A DNA stretch of 63,655 nucleotides, filler included, from Aduncisulcus paluster (Eukaryota): the NCBI GenBank assembly GCA_024181965.1. It is 5 parts of 5 records of this genome, joined end to end, with 100 filler letters (N's around TTAATTAATTAA, not from the genome) between each part and the next. Parts side by side here need not be neighbours in the genome. Positions count along the whole stretch, not along the records: positions 54,856 to 63,655 come from BQXS01011664.1; 4 more parts are not named here. One strand, written 5' to 3'. Position numbers and translations under genes: made by a program. The notes under the pieces are model-generated. The model was given only the letters and a program-made list of their open reading frames with translations. It did no database searches and had not been told where the DNA came from. Of this stretch, positions 60,209-63,655 are shown one piece after another; positions within the stretch are counted from its first letter, which is position 1, and each line of letters begins with the position of its first letter.

Positions 60209-60706
60209 ATGCGTGTTGAGCTTGCTAAAGAATCTGATATAGATGATATATCGACAATTCTGGTTGATGTTAAGCGTATTATGAGAGATGGAGGTAATAT
60301 GCAATGGGGCGATGATTATCCTTCTCCAAGTGCTTTCCTACTTGATATTAAGAATCACGAATTGATAGTTGTTAAGGAAGAAGATGAAATCCTTGGATTT
60401 GCTTGCATTAATGGACATTTGCCATCAGAATATTCTCCAGTGGGATGGAAGACTCTTAATCCTGCATTTTCAATTCATAGACTTGGAGTAGCTCCCAAAC
60501 ATCGGAAAAAGGGAGTGGCACAAATGATTTTCAAATATGCCGAAGAGGAAGCTCGAAAACTCGGTGCCAAATCTATCAAACTCGACACTAATTCCAAAAA
60601 TGGTCCTGTTCGTTCATTGTTGGTTAAATTAGGATATTCATTCGTTGATTACATCATTTTAAGAGAGTTACCCGATAAGTTTATGTGCTTTGAAAAAAGT
60701 TTGTGA
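60209..60706 (+). CDS. GNAT-family N-acetyltransferase, bacterial type
   Basis: QWGDDYPS...DI, IHRLGVAPKHRKKGVA (acetyl-CoA motif A), SIKLDTNSKN, KLGY and FEKSL. Confidence 0.92.
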   Translation: MRVELAKESDIDDISTILVDVKRIMRDGGNMQWGDDYPSPSAFLLDIKNHELIVVKEEDEILGFACINGHLPSEYSPVGWKTLNPAFSIHRLGVAPKHRKKGVAQMIFKYAEEEARKLGAKSIKLDTNSKNGPVRSLLVKLGYSFVDYIILRELPDKFMCFEKSL

Positions 60707-61000
60707 GTTTGATCCCTCATTTGTTCGCTTGTTTGTAGATATCTGCTTTTATTTTTTTTTCTTTGAGATATTTTCATTCCTTTTCCACGACGAATAGGTG
60801 GATTCCCTTTAAATAATGGATATCGCGATTTATTTCAATATTATCTTATGAGATGGGATATCATCCATTTTAAATAAAAAATCTTTATAAACTCATGTTT
60901 ATACTATCGATTATTGAAGTAATGATCTGCATTATTCCTTGGGAAAACAGTTTTTTCTAAAAACCTCCTTTTCTTCCTGATATTCGTATCCAAAAGAAAT

Positions 61001-62056
61001 ATGACGTTAAGCTATTATTTATTTTATCCATCTTATGATGAAGATAATCAACCAAGCGTATATTTATTCACTCTAGACTCGGAGCGTAATTATCTTCTTT
61101 CTAGTGGTGACGCTGAAGGATGTTCTGATTCTTCAACGGATGAAGTCCTTACAATCGCCGAGTATCCATTTCTTGAAGATCCCCATTTACGTTTTTCTTG
61201 GGAATCTAAGGAGAACCTGTCGATCATTCTTCAAGAAGGAGTTTCTAATCCTTCAAGTATAAATATCGATGGAAAATCGATTCCTATTGACAAAGAAAAG
61301 GGTGTTGTCCTTGATAAAGAATCTTTAGATAAGAATCCGTGTATAATATCCTTTTTCAATCAAGATCATGAAAAATCCTGTATTTTGATTTCAAACTCAT
61401 TAAACGAACCAGATAAAGAGTATTGTGATATGCTCTTTGAATCTTTATTATATGTTCCCAAGCCTATAGCCACTGAAAAAGAGGAAGAATCGTCAGTTCA
61501 TCGTGGGACTCGTCGTTCCACTTCAACCAAAAGACCCGTGAGACACATGTCGATTGAAGAAACCACTCGTTCCTTATCTAAATACTCGACAGAACAGAAG
61601 TCATTGATCCAACAAGCTAGAAAAGAGCTGTCAGTGCCCATTCGCATCAAGTTATACAGGAAAATCAGGGATATCATGGCTCTTGACGATGCTATAGAGT
61701 TTAGAAAGCCGGTATATGAGCGTTATCCCGATATCCGTGAGATGTATATATCTCAGATCTCACATCCCATGGATTTGCGTCTTCTAGGAGATAAAGTTAT
61801 GTGCAGAGACTGTAGATATCTTGGAGAACTCGTGTTTCTTAGTGAACTTATCTGGAAAAACTCTATAGCATTCACACCAGAGCACCATATGAAAGAATTA
61901 GCAGAGATGTTAAGGGATAAGCTTATTGAAGCTTTTGTATCCATCAAGGAGTTGGGAATATCGAAAAAACAGTATATGATCTTGACAAAGCAAACTGATG
62001 ATATTCTGAGACCAAGGAAGAGGAAAGAAGCGAAGAACTCTTTGAAGAAGGAGTAG
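61001..62056 (+). CDS. Bromodomain-containing protein (atypical)
   Basis: AIEFRKPV...Y...ISHPMDL...ELIWKNSIAFTP...LAEML bromodomain pattern in the C-terminal third. 62092-62497 is a gap-flank duplicate. Confidence 0.85.
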   Translation: MTLSYYLFYPSYDEDNQPSVYLFTLDSERNYLLSSGDAEGCSDSSTDEVLTIAEYPFLEDPHLRFSWESKENLSIILQEGVSNPSSINIDGKSIPIDKEKGVVLDKESLDKNPCIISFFNQDHEKSCILISNSLNEPDKEYCDMLFESLLYVPKPIATEKEEESSVHRGTRRSTSTKRPVRHMSIEETTRSLSKYSTEQKSLIQQARKELSVPIRIKLYRKIRDIMALDDAIEFRKPVYERYPDIREMYISQISHPMDLRLLGDKVMCRDCRYLGELVFLSELIWKNSIAFTPEHHMKELAEMLRDKLIEAFVSIKELGISKKQYMILTKQTDDILRPRKRKEAKNSLKKE

Positions 62057-62559
62057 AAATGAAAGAGAGGGNNNNNNNNNNNNNNNNNNNNCAGGGATAT
62101 CATGGCTCTTGACGATGCTATAGAGTTTAGAAAGCCGGTATATGAGCGTTATCCCAATATCCGTGAGATGTATATATCTCAGATCTCACATCCCATGGAT
62201 TTGCGTCTTCTAGGAGATAAAGTTATGTGCAGAGACTGTAGATATCTTGGAGAACTCGTGTTTCTTAGTGAACTTATCTGGAAAAACTCTATAGCATTCA
62301 CACCAGAGCACCATATGAAAGAATTAGCAGAGATGTTAAGGGATAAGCTTATTGAAGCTTTTGTATCCATCAAGGAGTTGGGAATATCGAAAAAACAGTA
62401 TATGATCTTGACAAAGCAAACTGATGATATTCTGAGACCAAGGAAGAGGAAAGAAGCGAAGAACTCTTTGAAGAAGGAGTAGAAATGAAAGAGAGGGAGA
62501 TAAGTTGATCTATTAAGATGATATCAAATCATGATATTATTATCATAATATTATTATGT

Positions 62560-63655
62560 TTACTTTGATTTATATTTACAATTATCAACAAACCTTTGAT
62601 AATCGTGATCAAAAATTGTACAAAACGCCTCTTCTTCATCCTTTTCTTCTTTTTCTTTTGAATCCTTTGATTTAACTTTAATGAGGTCAAGAAATTCATC
62701 ATCAGCTTCGATTAGCTTTAATCTCAATAAATCCTCAATTCTTCCATTCTCATGGCACCATTTCATGGCTGAATCAAACCTAGGAGATATTTGAGGAACA
62801 AGAGATGGAACAGAAGAGAATATAGAGATAAGTCTGGACCATATAGGAATACCATATCCTGCTCTCTTGGATTTCATTGCTTCAAACCAAGCTTCGAGAA
62901 GATATTTAATGTTATCGAAGACTTCAACAGCATGTGATGGATCACAACATAAGTTGGAGAAGAACCATAAAACTCTTTCATGCATATCCCCAACAATCTT
63001 ATCCCCAACAAACGCTCTCTTAACAACATCAAGAACAGGGTGGAAGAGAGGCCAAGCTTCAGAACAGAGGGATTTGTTGGGGGTTGAATCATCACTTGAG
63101 AGGGTGATTTTTGATAGAATAACCATCAAATGTTTATAACACTCACTATCATTGTATATCCTCAACCAATCTCTGATATATGGTTTGATAAGGGTGAAAA
63201 TAGAAGATCGAGTGGAAGAAGAGGGAGAGATAGAGATGTTTCTGAGAGTTCTTAATAAATCTAGAGCAACTTTACCTCCCAACTTCTCCTTACTTCCTCT
63301 CTCAAGAATACGTTTGAAAGTGGGAGAGATCCTAGGAAGGAAGGAATCACATTTATAATGAACTTTGTGAGTATAATTGATACAAATATCACAATACTCT
63401 TCATCAACATCTCCTTCCAACACTTCCTCACATCTTGATAGATGACCAATGAAAGTGTCAATGAGATCATTTAGATCAGGAATAGGGAGATAGATATCAT
63501 TTCCAGAAATAACATGTCTAACAAACCATCTTAAACACTGAGCGCAAAGAACAATCTCCCTCTTGTGCTCTTCAATCTCACTCTTTGATTGGAATGCAAG
63601 GAAGACAGAAAGAATCTCATCTCGATGTTCATGGTACAACCTGTATTTTGATGCT
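62560..63655 (-). CDS. Helical (ARM-like) protein, probably from a lineage-specific multicopy family; 5' end outside the window
   Basis: 359+ aa open frame with LLRTLRNIS, VILSKIT and LWFFSNLC amphipathic repeats. Confidence 0.7.
   Translation of the reverse strand, partial: ASKYRLYHEHRDEILSVFLAFQSKSEIEEHKREIVLCAQCLRWFVRHVISGNDIYLPIPDLNDLIDTFIGHLSRCEEVLEGDVDEEYCDICINYTHKVHYKCDSFLPRISPTFKRILERGSKEKLGGKVALDLLRTLRNISISPSSSTRSSIFTLIKPYIRDWLRIYNDSECYKHLMVILSKITLSSDDSTPNKSLCSEAWPLFHPVLDVVKRAFVGDKIVGDMHERVLWFFSNLCCDPSHAVEVFDNIKYLLEAWFEAMKSKRAGYGIPIWSRLISIFSSVPSLVPQISPRFDSAMKWCHENGRIEDLLRLKLIEADDEFLDLIKVKSKDSKEKEEKDEEEAFCTIFDHDYQRFVDNCKYKSK

Noticed and set aside
2938..62497. Apparent tandem duplications and duplicated genes (e.g. 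second bromodomain ORF 62102-62482)
   Set aside because: Every one flanks a 20-N gap and is near-identical; they are unmerged contig overlaps. Rare differences are errors or alleles.
1..63655. Alternative nuclear genetic code (e.g. TAA/TAG=Gln as in hexamitids)
   Set aside because: Conserved genes are fully open in the standard code and end in TAA, TAG or TGA at the expected places.

Overview
This is eukaryotic, not prokaryotic, DNA: AT-rich and intron-poor, with standard genetic code, GTATGT..AG introns just after start codons, E/K/S-rich proteins, and ISWI, DDX41, Rae1/Bub3, CEP57, OSCA/TMEM63, USP30-like and bromodomain genes. The style suggests a free-living fornicate (Carpediemonas-like, e.g. 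Aduncisulcus-type) protist; this is inference, not a database result. The window is five unrelated scaffolds (1-10892, 10993-27103, 27204-41370, 41471-54755, 54856-63655) joined by 100-bp N/TTAATTAATTAA linkers. Eleven internal 20-N gaps are flanked by artefactual overlap duplications that split many ORFs. Scaffolds 1-3 are gene-dense, with head-to-head gene pairs. Scaffold 4 is mostly transposon debris: truncated Ty3/Gypsy pol, gag and integrase remnants, a decayed Transib/CMC-type transposase and an ASH2L SPRY fragment, followed by a large FG-repeat protein. Scaffold 5 holds a PepD pseudogene, a bacterial-type GNAT next to an atypical bromodomain gene, and lineage-specific genes. Most interesting candidates: (1) a ~180-nt structured, non-tRNA Pol III-type RNA (A/B boxes, hairpins, T5/Sm-like end) lying antisense at the Gypsy integrase tail; (2) a possible in-frame splice fusing the GNAT to the bromodomain gene (GCN5-like architecture); (3) a signal-peptide gene that appears to start at CUG; (4) six of six apparent +1 frameshifts in triplet tracts, probably sequencing error.
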